Below, piece after piece: positions 20,237-30,914 of a stretch of 64,000 bases of DNA. The notes beneath the pieces were generated by a model. That model searched no databases and was not told the DNA's origin. It was given only the letters and a program-made list of their open reading frames with translations. The translations under genes were made by a program, and so were the position numbers. This DNA is from a virus: IMG/VR virus record IMGVR_UViG_3300029915_000005; one strand, written 5' to 3'. Each line of letters opens with the position of its first letter. Position 1 is the stretch's first letter.

Positions 20237-20865
20237 ATGATTATTAATGAGATAATAAAACATGGATTAATAAATCCTGGTGATATTTCGAGAATACACG
20301 AATCTAAAAGATTTGTGGGAGTTTCTAAATATATTCAAAATCATTGCTCTGATATTCTAAAAATATATAGAGAAACAGACAATTATTTATTTCGTGGATG
20401 GGCAGGTGATAAGCCATCAATTTTTATGGGCAATCCAAGAATAGATAGACAGCCAAAAGATGTAGCTTATAACATTCAAGTAGGAGTCGATGAAAAATTA
20501 AAAGATGCAGGATTTACTGCATTAAGAAGCAATAGTATTTTTTGTACTTGTGAAAGAAATCACGCTGGAAAGTATGGAGCTGTATATGTGATTTTTCCAA
20601 TTAATGGATTTAATTATACATGGGCTCTTGGATTATATGATTTATATATGAAGAAATATATTGTCAAAGGGACTCTTGACTTTACTCCAAAACAGTTTGT
20701 TAAACAGTGGAATTTTAAAAAACGGGAATAGAAACATTATTAAAAAATCATATTGGAATTGAAATTTATATCAATGGGCCATATATTGCAGTTGAAAGAG
20801 ATTTTCTCTATGGAAAGCCAGATACCACGAAACCATTATTTGATATTTTAGGATTGAAAATATGA
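20237..20865 (+). pseudogene. RSNSIFCT-family (ART-like) paralogue 1, frameshifted
   Basis: ORF stops at 20731, but the -1 frame after the A6 run continues KTGIETLLKNHIGIEIYINGPYIAV, matching the paralogues, to TGA 20865. Confidence 0.7.
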
Positions 20866-21539
20866 TAATATCAGAAGTTATAAATCATGAAAAATTAACA
20901 CCTGGTCAAGAGCAATGGATGTTAAGCACGCAGCGAAAAGAACTCGCAGAGTTTATGAAGAAGAATTGCTCAAATATTATTGAAACATATAATTATGAAA
21001 ATAGATATTTGTATCACGGTATGCGGAGCACACATTCACATATTTTTATGGCTCAAACCAGAGAAGATAGGCTCCCAAGGGATACTCCAGAATATGTGCA
21101 AATTAAACTAGATAAAATACTGGCTTCTCAAGGATTTACTGCATTAAGAAGCAATAGTATTTTTTGTACTTCTGATTTTAAGTTTGTGCATGATTACGGT
21201 TCTCCTTTTATGATTTTTCCAATCAATGGTTTCACTTATACTTGGAATACTACTGCCAAAGACTTGTTTCAAAGATATGAATTACGATATGATTCTTCAT
21301 TGTTGACTACAGAGATGAATAAACCAGATTTAGATCCCAAAAAATTTATCAGCGATTTCAATTTTAAAAATAATGAAGGATTATTAACAGCGTTAAGAAA
21401 AGAAAATGAAGTTTGTATTCATGGATCATATATAGGTATAGAGTGTGAATCAAATATAATTCAGATAATGTTACCTATATTGGGATTAAACCATCCTAAT
21501 TTGGAAGACTATTATGGTCATTATGAAAGAAAGAGATAA
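20862..21539 (+). CDS. RSNSIFCT-family (ART-like) paralogue 2
   Basis: LYHG, RLPRDT, ALRSNSIFCT, IFPINGF, EVCIHG. Confidence 0.7.
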   Translation: MIISEVINHEKLTPGQEQWMLSTQRKELAEFMKKNCSNIIETYNYENRYLYHGMRSTHSHIFMAQTREDRLPRDTPEYVQIKLDKILASQGFTALRSNSIFCTSDFKFVHDYGSPFMIFPINGFTYTWNTTAKDLFQRYELRYDSSLLTTEMNKPDLDPKKFISDFNFKNNEGLLTALRKENEVCIHGSYIGIECESNIIQIMLPILGLNHPNLEDYYGHYERKR

Positions 21540-21560
21540 AAACTTTTTAAGGAATGAGTA

Positions 21561-22271
21561 ATGAAACTTTTTGAAATCATAAATTACGAAGAATTAAAAT
21601 CAGGTCAGATTCAGCGCATACTTGGTCAAAAGAGTAAATCTATTTCCAACTTTATTGAGAATCATTGTTCTCAAATTTTAGATATATATTGGAAAGAACA
21701 AAAATATTTATATCGTGGTGTAAACTTAATTAGCACGTCACAATTTATGCTGGGAAATTCAAGAGATAACAGATCACCGAAAGATACACCAAAAGAAGTC
21801 CAATTATTAATTGATAAAAGATTGCAAGAAGCAGGATTTGAGGCCCGAAGATCAAACAGTATTTTTTGCACTTCAAATTTATATACAGCAGAGGCATATG
21901 CAATACCATTGAGAAATGTTTTTATAATTTTTCCAATTAATGGATTTTCATTTACATATAATTCAATGGCTAGGGATTTGTATACATATTATGGTTTAAA
22001 AAGACAATTAGATAGAACTGATTCAGTGTCTTCTTTTATGAGAGAACTAAACGATGATTCTATTTCTTCAGATATTTTTTGCAGTAAATATGGATTTGAA
22101 AAAACTAACTTGGGATATGGTATTAGTAACTTGAGAGAAATATATATTAATGGAAAATATGTTGCTATTAAAATTAAAACAAAATTATTAGATCATGTTT
22201 TGGAAGATTTAAATCTATCAGAAAAAACAAAAGTTAACATAGATCAAGATGGTGTAGTAGCAGGAGAATAA
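21561..22271 (+). CDS. RSNSIFCT-family (ART-like) paralogue 3
   Basis: LYRG, RSPKDT, RSNSIFCT, IFPINGF, EIYING. Confidence 0.7.
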   Translation: MKLFEIINYEELKSGQIQRILGQKSKSISNFIENHCSQILDIYWKEQKYLYRGVNLISTSQFMLGNSRDNRSPKDTPKEVQLLIDKRLQEAGFEARRSNSIFCTSNLYTAEAYAIPLRNVFIIFPINGFSFTYNSMARDLYTYYGLKRQLDRTDSVSSFMRELNDDSISSDIFCSKYGFEKTNLGYGISNLREIYINGKYVAIKIKTKLLDHVLEDLNLSEKTKVNIDQDGVVAGE

Positions 22272-22272
22272 A

Positions 22273-23043
22273 ATGTCTGAAGAAATAGAAGTAGTAGATA
22301 TAAAAAAATTACGAGATAAAGTATTTGATTATGTATTGAATAGATTAGGTCAAGGTATGATTGACGTTGAACTTGATCCTGTCCATTTACAAAATGCTTT
22401 AGATCGAGCCATCGAAGTTTTTCGTACTCGAAGCAGTGCTGCTGTTGAAGAATCTTTTGCATTTTTAACAACTCAAAGAAATGTGCAAATTTATACTCTC
22501 CCAGAAGAAACAGAAACAGTGTTAAAAATATGGCGCAGGTCTTTGGGAGATTTGGGAAATGGCGGAAGTCAATTTGATCCATTTTCTCAAGGGTATCTGA
22601 ATGTATACATTCTAAATGCTGGCAGAAGCGGGGGATTATTGTCGTATGAATTATTTTCAGATTTCCAATTTCAAGTTGATCGTATGTTTGGTGGACAGAT
22701 AGATTTCAATTTTAACTCAGTAACTAAAAAGTTAACATTAGTTAGAAGACCAGAAGGAAGTGGCGAGCATCTATTACTTCAGATTTATGTAAAAAAACCA
22801 GAATGCCAGTTACTTTCTGATTATAAGTCATTAACTTTTCTTAAAGATTATGTTCTTGCTCTTTCTAAGATAACTCTCGGTGAAGCAAGAGAGAAATTTG
22901 GAACAATTCCAGGTCCATCTGGAGGGACAAATTTAAATGGCGCTGCATTAAAGACAGAAGGTCAAGCTATGATCGATAAACTTCACGAAAATATTCAAAA
23001 TTATCAATATGGCGAAATTCCACTCGGACTTCTTATAGGTTAA
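22273..23043 (+). CDS. gp13: Neck protein (T4 gp13-like)
   Basis: RLGQGMIDVEL, LGEAREKFGTIPGPSGGTNLNG. Confidence 0.85.
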   Translation: MSEEIEVVDIKKLRDKVFDYVLNRLGQGMIDVELDPVHLQNALDRAIEVFRTRSSAAVEESFAFLTTQRNVQIYTLPEETETVLKIWRRSLGDLGNGGSQFDPFSQGYLNVYILNAGRSGGLLSYELFSDFQFQVDRMFGGQIDFNFNSVTKKLTLVRRPEGSGEHLLLQIYVKKPECQLLSDYKSLTFLKDYVLALSKITLGEAREKFGTIPGPSGGTNLNGAALKTEGQAMIDKLHENIQNYQYGEIPLGLLIG

Positions 23044-23045
23044 TT

Positions 23046-23080
23046 AAATAAAAGCTTGCTAATTAGTAAGCTTTTATTTT
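23046..23080 (+). terminator. Terminator hairpin overlapping a sigma70-like promoter
   Basis: aaataaaagcttgct / agtaagcttttattt; TTGCTA-18-TATAAT. Confidence 0.6.
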
Positions 23081-23093
23081 ATAATATTGATAT

Positions 23094-24371
23094 ATGAAAT
23101 TAAAAGAAATATTAAAACAACTGGAAGAATTAAAATTAGAGTCCCCATATTATATCACTTTGATTAATCAAATGCCAAAATATTTGAAATTAAAAAATAG
23201 CATTAATAATGAATTCAAAAAGTTGTATCCAAATATAAAAGAAAAATCTCTTGTAGCTAAAATTTTCGCCATTAGAAATCCAGAGATAAGTATAATTTGC
23301 CCATACACGCAAAAGAAAAAGAAATATAATTATTCCCAAAAAAGATATGTTTGTCCAAATACTTGCCAATGTACCAAAGATTATACTATAGAAAGATGTA
23401 TGACAAAACACGGAGTTACTTCAACTAATAAATTGGCTGTAACAAAAGAAAATAAAAAGAATGCGTATATTAGATTATGGGGTGTTGATAATCCATCTAA
23501 AGTTCCAGAAATTCAAGAACAGAAAAAGATAACAAGTATTAAAAATTGGGGTTGTGAATTTCCATTACAATCAGAAGAAATAAAAGAGAAAGGAAGAAAA
23601 ACTAATTTATCAATTCGTGGTGTGGAATATGGTATGCAGGACTCAGTAATTAGAGAGAAAGCCAGAAAAACTAATTTAAAAATTAGAGGAGTGGAATATC
23701 CTTCCCAAGATAAATCAGTAAAAGATAAGATTAAACAAACAAATTTAAAAAATTGGAATTACGAAAATACTTCTAAATCTCCTCCAATAAAACAAAAGAA
23801 AATAGAAACATCATTGCGTAATTTTAATAGAGAATATGGAACACAACGTCATTTAACTTTGGAAGCTATTGATATTATCAATGATAAAGAAAAATTTGCG
23901 AAAGTTTTATTAAAATATGGGTCAAGTGGGGCAGTTGGTATATTGGGAATTAATCAATCATCCATTAGTAGAATACATTCAAAATATGGTTTAGCTATAT
24001 TAAAAAATCGATATAGTTCTTATGAAAATGAAATTGAAACTTGGTTAAATGATAATAATATTGATTACCTAAGAAATGATAGAATTCAAATTGGACCAAA
24101 AGAATTAGATTTTTATTTTCCTAGACATAATGTAGCAGTAGAATTTCAAGGAGATTATTGGCATATGAATCCTTCTTTATATGAAGCTGATGATTTAAAT
24201 GCTCAAACAAATAAACAAGCAAAAGATATATGGAAATATGATCAAGATAAATTTAATAAATGTAAATCTAATGGTATTAAATTAATAATTATATGGGAAT
24301 CTCAATGGGAAGATAATAAAGAGCAAATAAAAGAAAATATTCTTGCTATTCTCAAAGAAAAGGAGTTATAA
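23094..24371 (+). CDS. Free-standing homing endonuclease, Vsr/DUF559-like
   Basis: KTNLxxxG repeats; ELDFY...VEFQGDYWH...IIWE. Confidence 0.8.
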   Translation: MKLKEILKQLEELKLESPYYITLINQMPKYLKLKNSINNEFKKLYPNIKEKSLVAKIFAIRNPEISIICPYTQKKKKYNYSQKRYVCPNTCQCTKDYTIERCMTKHGVTSTNKLAVTKENKKNAYIRLWGVDNPSKVPEIQEQKKITSIKNWGCEFPLQSEEIKEKGRKTNLSIRGVEYGMQDSVIREKARKTNLKIRGVEYPSQDKSVKDKIKQTNLKNWNYENTSKSPPIKQKKIETSLRNFNREYGTQRHLTLEAIDIINDKEKFAKVLLKYGSSGAVGILGINQSSISRIHSKYGLAILKNRYSSYENEIETWLNDNNIDYLRNDRIQIGPKELDFYFPRHNVAVEFQGDYWHMNPSLYEADDLNAQTNKQAKDIWKYDQDKFNKCKSNGIKLIIIWESQWEDNKEQIKENILAILKEKEL

Positions 24372-24377
24372 TAAAGT

Positions 24378-24641
24378 ATGATTAACAAAATTGAAGTAAC
24401 CAGCGAACTAATAGATGAATTGCGAGCTAAAACAAAATTGGCAACCCCTGGATTTTGGTCTTGGGAAGACTCACCGCCAACTTTATACTCAAATAGAAAT
24501 TATAATATGCATGGCATGAATCTTCTTGGTAGATTGGATTTGGATTGGAATGGAAAAAATAACTTGGATTTTATAGCAGCAACAGGACCAGAAATTATTA
24601 ATGCTTTATTGGATAAAATTGAGGAACTGGAAAATAAATGA
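24378..24641 (+). CDS. Ead/Ea22-like hypothetical protein
   Basis: ATPGFW...FIAATGPEIINALLDKIEELE pattern. Confidence 0.55.
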   Translation: MINKIEVTSELIDELRAKTKLATPGFWSWEDSPPTLYSNRNYNMHGMNLLGRLDLDWNGKNNLDFIAATGPEIINALLDKIEELENK

Positions 24642-25270
24642 AATCAACAGAAATAACAGATTATTCTAAAACAGATCGATCATTATTCAATGAGTCATTT
24701 TTATTGGAGATGCCACAACTTCATGATCCAGCAGAATATTTTGATAATTTAAATATGGAAGTTCAAGAATATATAGCTGATAATATAACTCCAATAAATT
24801 TAGGTAATAATCTATATAAAATAGAATTGGAAACAATTGTTTTTTATTGGTTTGAAAAAAATGGCTCTCCTTCAATAATTATCGAATTAGAAAAGACACC
24901 AAGAACTTTAGTCGTGAGATTATTGGGTAAAAAAGATAAAAAAAGTCCTTATGCAGTTGATTTATATTTGGGAATTCTAAAAGATGTTGGAAAAAATATA
25001 ACAATAATGAGTGATAATCAAATAACAGAAAAAGGATTTAATGTTTGGGAGAGACTATTTGCTGCTGGTCATAAGATTACAATTTATGACAAAAATTCTC
25101 CTGGTTCTACTTGGAAAACTGTAAAGTCATTGAAAGAATTTGGTGAGGAATATAAATATAGAACATACAGATATGTTTTAAGTGAATCTAAATTTGTAAA
25201 TGAAACTCGCTCATATTTTAGATTGAGACAGATTAGAGAAGAAAACAAATCTGCATTGGAGGACTACTGA
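24638..25270 (+). CDS. Hypothetical, possible GNAT-like fold
   Basis: SDNQITEKGFNVWERL; N-terminal FNE and LLE sites. Confidence 0.45.
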   Translation: MKSTEITDYSKTDRSLFNESFLLEMPQLHDPAEYFDNLNMEVQEYIADNITPINLGNNLYKIELETIVFYWFEKNGSPSIIIELEKTPRTLVVRLLGKKDKKSPYAVDLYLGILKDVGKNITIMSDNQITEKGFNVWERLFAAGHKITIYDKNSPGSTWKTVKSLKEFGEEYKYRTYRYVLSESKFVNETRSYFRLRQIREENKSALEDY

Positions 25271-25848
25271 TGAAAAGCAAAGAATTATTTGAATCTAAAT
25301 CTACAAATGTTGTAGTCTGCGATGTTCAGCCAGAATATGATAAATGGTGTAATAGAATAGTTGCCCCTCTATGCAATTTTCTTAACAATCAAACTGGAAA
25401 AATATATGTATGGTTCAATGGACAAGGAATGTCCAGCGATGAGATGGGAGATGTAAAGAACTATTATGAAGAGAATGGTTTGGACACTGAAGTAAATGAT
25501 AGAATAATTTTTATTGAAAAAGAATATGGATTTTTAAGAAACTGGATTGATGGTGGAGTTCCAGATAGAATAATTATCAAAGTTATTAGAGCAATGGTCC
25601 AAAATAAAGTTGATTACAGTAGATTGCTTAATTTAAATAGTGTTTTAAATGATATAGAGCAAGAAGAATTAAATAATTGGGAAGATGACGGAATTTATTT
25701 CCCTTATTGGTTTGAAGTAAATGAAATCAGAAATATGTCTCCGTTTTATATTTGCGGCGGCGGAAAAGATGAATGTCTTAAAGAAATTGAATTAATATGC
25801 AATGCATTAAATATTAAATATAAACGAATTAATAATTTAGTTTATTGA
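25270..25848 (+). CDS. Cysteine hydrolase (isochorismatase/nicotinamidase fold) candidate
   Basis: VVVCDVQPEY, IEK, CGGGKDECL fit the D-K-C triad layout. Confidence 0.55.
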   Translation: MKSKELFESKSTNVVVCDVQPEYDKWCNRIVAPLCNFLNNQTGKIYVWFNGQGMSSDEMGDVKNYYEENGLDTEVNDRIIFIEKEYGFLRNWIDGGVPDRIIIKVIRAMVQNKVDYSRLLNLNSVLNDIEQEELNNWEDDGIYFPYWFEVNEIRNMSPFYICGGGKDECLKEIELICNALNIKYKRINNLVY

Positions 25849-25857
25849 AGGATTAAA

Positions 25858-26487
25858 ATGATCATTGGTGTTTTGGGGTTAATAAATAGTGGCAAAACTA
25901 CAATAAGTAGCATTTTGGAAAAGAATCATAACTTTAAACAATTATCATTTGCTGACTCGTTAAAAGAAGCAGTTTCGTCTATTTTTGGCTGGCCGTTAGA
26001 AATGATTCAAGGCAATACACCAGAAAGTAGATTATGGAGAGATGATGTTGATGAATGGTGGGCGAATAGACTACAGATTCCAGAATTAACTCCAAGATGG
26101 ATTTTGCAGCAATGGGGTACTACAATAGGAAGAAATAGTTTTCATAATGATATATGGATTGCTTCGCTTCAGAGAAAATTGATTAATAATAAAGATAATA
26201 TAGTTATCAATGATTGCAGATTTGCAAATGAAATAGAAGCAATACGAGAAAGCGGAAGTAAATTCATTAAAGTCATTCGAGGTGATTCACCTGAATGGTT
26301 GAATACAGCAGTTGATGTTCTCAATAATCCAAAGACAAGCACTAATAATATGTCATTGTTATATCCAACAGTTCATATTTCTGAATGGGGTTGGGCTAAT
26401 CAAGAAGTGGATTTTATTATTGAAAATAATTCTGATTTTAAAGATTTGGAAATAAAAATAAATGATTTGATTAATAGTTTGCAATGA
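25858..26487 (+). CDS. Deoxynucleoside monophosphate kinase (T4 gp1-like)
   Basis: GLINSGKTT P-loop, SFADSLK, TPRWILQQWGT, DCRFANE. Confidence 0.9.
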   Translation: MIIGVLGLINSGKTTISSILEKNHNFKQLSFADSLKEAVSSIFGWPLEMIQGNTPESRLWRDDVDEWWANRLQIPELTPRWILQQWGTTIGRNSFHNDIWIASLQRKLINNKDNIVINDCRFANEIEAIRESGSKFIKVIRGDSPEWLNTAVDVLNNPKTSTNNMSLLYPTVHISEWGWANQEVDFIIENNSDFKDLEIKINDLINSLQ

Positions 26488-26592
26488 AATATGTTCTTCT
26501 AAAACAGGTATTTTAAAAGAAATAAGCTAAATATCTTCAGTGAGTATCATATGTTATCGATATTAATCAAGCTTAACAAGTGAGGAAATCAA

Positions 26593-29500
26593 ATGAGTAC
26601 AAATTTAATATCTCCTGGAGTGAAAACTTCTATAGTAGATCAAAGTCAGTATTTGACTGCTCCAGCAGGATCAATTCCTTTTATTTTAATTGCAACTGAA
26701 GAAAATAAAATTAATCCAAGCGGAGTAGTTGCTCAATATACTACTTCAAATACTGCTGGTCAAGTATTTTTGGAAACTAGTCAACGCAGTTTAATAAATG
26801 ACTTCGGCGCACCAGTATTTCAAACTATTCAAGGATCGCCAGTAAATGCAGATGAACAAAATGAATATGGATTGCTCGCAGCATATTCTACTTTAGGAGT
26901 TTCAGATGCTGCATATATTATGAGAGCACCAATTGATTTAAATTCTCTATCTGGTTCTTTGGTTCCCCCTTCTTCTTCTCCTGCCAATGGAACTCTTTGG
27001 TTAGATACTACTGAAACTAATTGGGGAATTTTACAATACAATGCTGCATTACAAACATTTATCCCAATTGCTACAACTAATGTATCAGGAAATGGAAAAC
27101 TTTGGGTAATTACAAATACTGCTCAAACCAGTGATTTTGCTTTTAGTGTTCCATTGTCATCAATCGGAAAACCTGGTGATTATGCAGTAGTAACAACCAA
27201 TGTTAATAATCCAGTTTGGTATAACAATTATGCTGGAGTTTGGGTAGAAGTTGGAACCGTTACTTGGCAAGCAAGTATTCCAACAGCAATAGGAACAGTT
27301 GTTAATCCAACTGTCACTGGAAATCTTGTATTGAATAACACAAATGTTGTTATATCTTCAGCCAATGTTACTGTTGCTGCCGCAGATGTAAATTCAGCAT
27401 TGATCACTGGGGTTGGCGCAATTGTAGTTGGTAATAGGCTTGGATTAACTGCCACTAGTTCGGCTGCTAATGGAGCAGTATTAGTGTCAGGCACAGCAGC
27501 AACACAAGTTGGAATAACTTCTGGAACATATTATGCTCCTGCGTTTCAAGCAAGTCCATACACACAAGTTCCACAATGGAATATCACTGATGCCACCCCA
27601 GAACCAACTGGAAGCGTATGGCTTAATACTACACCACAACAAAATGGAGCAAATATTTCACTTCAACTTTACAACGCAACTAGTAATGTTTGGATAGTTG
27701 AACCAGTTTCCATCGGAGCAAATGATGCAGTAATAAATTATCAACTTGATCCTCTTGGTGGAGGAATTAATATTCCAGCAGGAACTTTTTACGCAGAAAC
27801 TGGAATAAATTTTACAACAGTATTATTAGAAAGAAAGTCAGGAGTTACAGAAGTAACAGGAACTAACGCAAACATTTCAGCATTGGCTTCTGGAGTTAAT
27901 ACAATTAATATTAGCACTAGTACACCAGGAAGTTCATTATTTTCTGGAAATGTTGCTATTTCATTTTCTGGACCAAGTACAGCTAATTTAGTATCTGCTA
28001 TTAATAGCGCAGCAATTACTGGAATATCAGCAAGTTTAACTAACAATTTAGTTGAAATTCAAAATTCCAATGGAGGCACGTTCTTCTTATATGATGGTTC
28101 AAATGCTCCATTGGCAGCAGTCGGAATAGCATCAGGAAAAGTTAGCAATTGGTTTGCTCCATCCTATGTTGTAAATCCTTTTGCACCAACTGCTGATCCT
28201 ATAAATGGTACATTATGGTATTATGATGATCCAACGCAAGTTGATATTATGATTAATACTGGTGCTGCATGGGTTGGTTATCATACTCTTACTAATGATT
28301 CTCGCGGCGCAAATTTAGCATTAACAGATACAAATGGACCAATCATCAGTGCTTCTGTTCCAACAACTCAGAGTACAGGAAATGCAGTAGTAAATGGTGA
28401 TTTATGGATTAACACTTCAAATCTAGATAATTTGCCAAGTATTTATAGATTGCAAGGAGCAACTGGGCCAGGTGCAAATATTGGCGGAACTTGGACACAA
28501 ATCAACAATACTGATCATACAAGCAGCAATGGTATAGTATTTGCAGATGCAAGATGGTCTACAACAGGATTGGTTGATCCAGCATCAGAACCTTTTCCAG
28601 CAATCAGTACATTAGTAAATAGTAATTATCTGGATTCAGATGCACCTTCATTCTCATTATATCCACGAGGAACATTATTATTCAATACTCGCAGAAGCGG
28701 AATGAATGTAAAATCATTCGCAACAAATTACTTAACTGGTTCGCCAGTAACTTCAACTTGGGTTACTGCAAGCGGAAATAATGAATTAGGAGTAGCATTT
28801 CAAGGAAGTTCAGCACAAAGAAATATGGTGGTTGAATCTCTTATTTCAGCAATTAGAAATAGTAATCAATTAATGGAAGAATTTTATAACTTCTCATTAA
28901 TTTCTTGTCCAGGATATATAGAATTATTGTCAGTATTAGCAGAACTAAATGTGGATCGTGGGGAAACAGCATTTATCGTAAGTGATAGTCCATTAACATT
29001 ACAAGCAAATGCAAATGTGTTAAACACATGGGCAAATAACTTGAATGGTGCTACAACAGATGGTGTTGATGGATTGGTAACCTTCTATGATTATGCTGCA
29101 ACATATTATTCTGCTGGATTAACTACTGATTTGAGCGGGAACAGCGTTGTTGTTCCAGCAAGTCATATGGCCATTCCAGCAATTATTCAAAGTGATGCAG
29201 TTTCATTTCCATGGTTTGCTCCTGCTGGCTCTAGAAGAGGATTAATTAATAATGCAACATCAGTTGGTTATGTTGATGGGACAACTGGTAACTTTATTGT
29301 TAACAGTGTTGGCAAAGCATTACGAGATGTTCTCTATCCTGCCGCAGTAAATCCAATTAGCAATATTCCAGGTTCTGGCATTGAACTTTATGGTCAAAAA
29401 ACTCGTGCTGCATTAGTGGGAGGAGAACTAACTGAATTAAGCAGAATTAATGTTGCTAGATTGGCAATTTATGTTCGCAGTCAACTAGCAATTATTGCAA

Positions 29501-29772
29501 ATTCATTCTTATTTGAGCAAAATGATAGCATAACTCGCAAAACTATTGCTTTCCAGATAGGAGAATTCTTGACTAGCATTCAAGCAAATCGCGGAATTTC
29601 TGATTGGGCAGTTGTTTGCAATTCAACAAACAATACTCCTGCAACAATTGATGCGAATGAACTACATGTTGATGTCGCAATCTCGCCTATTACAAGCGTG
29701 GAATTCATCTACATTCCAATAACTATCGTTGGTAGTGGAGTTATTACATCCAGTGGTGTATCTGCTGCTTAA
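26593..29772 (+). CDS. gp18: Tail sheath protein (T4 gp18-like) with large insertion domains
   Basis: LISPGV, PWFAPAGSRRG, RINVARL, EFIYIPI. Confidence 0.95.
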   Translation: MSTNLISPGVKTSIVDQSQYLTAPAGSIPFILIATEENKINPSGVVAQYTTSNTAGQVFLETSQRSLINDFGAPVFQTIQGSPVNADEQNEYGLLAAYSTLGVSDAAYIMRAPIDLNSLSGSLVPPSSSPANGTLWLDTTETNWGILQYNAALQTFIPIATTNVSGNGKLWVITNTAQTSDFAFSVPLSSIGKPGDYAVVTTNVNNPVWYNNYAGVWVEVGTVTWQASIPTAIGTVVNPTVTGNLVLNNTNVVISSANVTVAAADVNSALITGVGAIVVGNRLGLTATSSAANGAVLVSGTAATQVGITSGTYYAPAFQASPYTQVPQWNITDATPEPTGSVWLNTTPQQNGANISLQLYNATSNVWIVEPVSIGANDAVINYQLDPLGGGINIPAGTFYAETGINFTTVLLERKSGVTEVTGTNANISALASGVNTINISTSTPGSSLFSGNVAISFSGPSTANLVSAINSAAITGISASLTNNLVEIQNSNGGTFFLYDGSNAPLAAVGIASGKVSNWFAPSYVVNPFAPTADPINGTLWYYDDPTQVDIMINTGAAWVGYHTLTNDSRGANLALTDTNGPIISASVPTTQSTGNAVVNGDLWINTSNLDNLPSIYRLQGATGPGANIGGTWTQINNTDHTSSNGIVFADARWSTTGLVDPASEPFPAISTLVNSNYLDSDAPSFSLYPRGTLLFNTRRSGMNVKSFATNYLTGSPVTSTWVTASGNNELGVAFQGSSAQRNMVVESLISAIRNSNQLMEEFYNFSLISCPGYIELLSVLAELNVDRGETAFIVSDSPLTLQANANVLNTWANNLNGATTDGVDGLVTFYDYAATYYSAGLTTDLSGNSVVVPASHMAIPAIIQSDAVSFPWFAPAGSRRGLINNATSVGYVDGTTGNFIVNSVGKALRDVLYPAAVNPISNIPGSGIELYGQKTRAALVGGELTELSRINVARLAIYVRSQLAIIANSFLFEQNDSITRKTIAFQIGEFLTSIQANRGISDWAVVCNSTNNTPATIDANELHVDVAISPITSVEFIYIPITIVGSGVITSSGVSAA

Positions 29773-29785
29773 TTTAAAATAAAAC

Positions 29786-29819
29786 AAAAAATGAGCCAGA
29801 TTTATTCTGGCTCATTTTT
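29786..29819 (+). terminator. Intrinsic terminator
   Basis: aaaaatgagccaga / tctggctcattttt. Confidence 0.85.
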
Positions 29820-29868
29820 ATGCTTATATGGTATAATTAAAGTTAATAGAGAGGTTGTTAACATAAAT

Positions 29869-30898
29869 ATGGTGTATACAAAAGAATTAGCAATAAAAGA
29901 AATTAACAGACTTAAAAAAATTTTTACTAAACCAAGTGTTGAAGCAAAAAAAGACAAAGATTTAGTTAATTGGATCAATAAAGAAATAGAGAAAAATTAT
30001 CCCAATTTAAATGAATCATTATCTGCAAAAATGTGGTTGGTTCTGCATGAAGGATATAAATTAATATGTCCTTATGGAAATAAAAGAAAATTTTGTAGAC
30101 GAAGTAGAAATGAGCCACAATTTAATTGTGTTACTTCATGCCAATGTACTATTGAAAATAGGAACAAAACAATTATAGAAAAATATGGCGTATTGGGTTT
30201 ATTATCAATTCCAGAAAATCAAAATAAATTAGTAAAAACTTGTTTGGAGAAATATGGCTCAAAAAGCGCAAATGGAAACAAGGATATAATGAAGAAACAA
30301 ATTAATACTAGAAAAAATAAATGTATGATTAAATATGGAGTCTCTCACGAAAAGCAAATACATTTTTCAGAATATGCAAAAGAAATATTGAATAATAAAG
30401 AAAAATTTAGTGAAATGATTTTAAAATTGGGATCACGAGAAATGGCAAAGCAACTTAATGTTAGTCAAAGTACTATTGTAGTATATCATAAAAATTAGAA
30501 TTGAATGTAATTTCCAGAACCAGATCATGTTATGAAATAGAATTAGAAAATTGGCTAATTGACCAAAAATAAAGTTTATATCTAATGATATGAAAATAAT
30601 AAAACCAAAAGAATTGGATTTTTATTTACAAGATTATAATATTGGTATAGAAATTCAAGGAAATTATTGGCATGGGAATCCAAAGAAATATAAATCAACT
30701 AATATGATTCGATCTAATCGTGGTTTGATTTCTGTGGCTGAAATATGGAAGAAAGATGAATACAAAAAGAAATTATGTCAAAATAAAGGAATTAAATTGT
30801 TAGTGTTTTGGGAAGATGAATGGTTAGAAAATAATGATAAAATTAAAAAGACAATTTTAGAAAATTTGCCTTGTGGGATAAATACTTACAAGAAGTAA
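29869..30898 (+). pseudogene. Vsr/DUF559-like homing endonuclease with two frameshifts
   Basis: MVYTKELAIKEI start; frame restored by adding one A at about 30490 and one at about 30565; C-terminal ELDFY...IEIQGNYWH. Confidence 0.75.
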
Positions 30899-30914
30899 TA
30901 TGGAGAATAATTAG

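Noticed and set aside
20710-20731. Programmed -1 ribosomal frameshift
   Set aside because: TTT AAA AAA C is not an in-frame X XXY YYZ heptamer and paralogues are continuous
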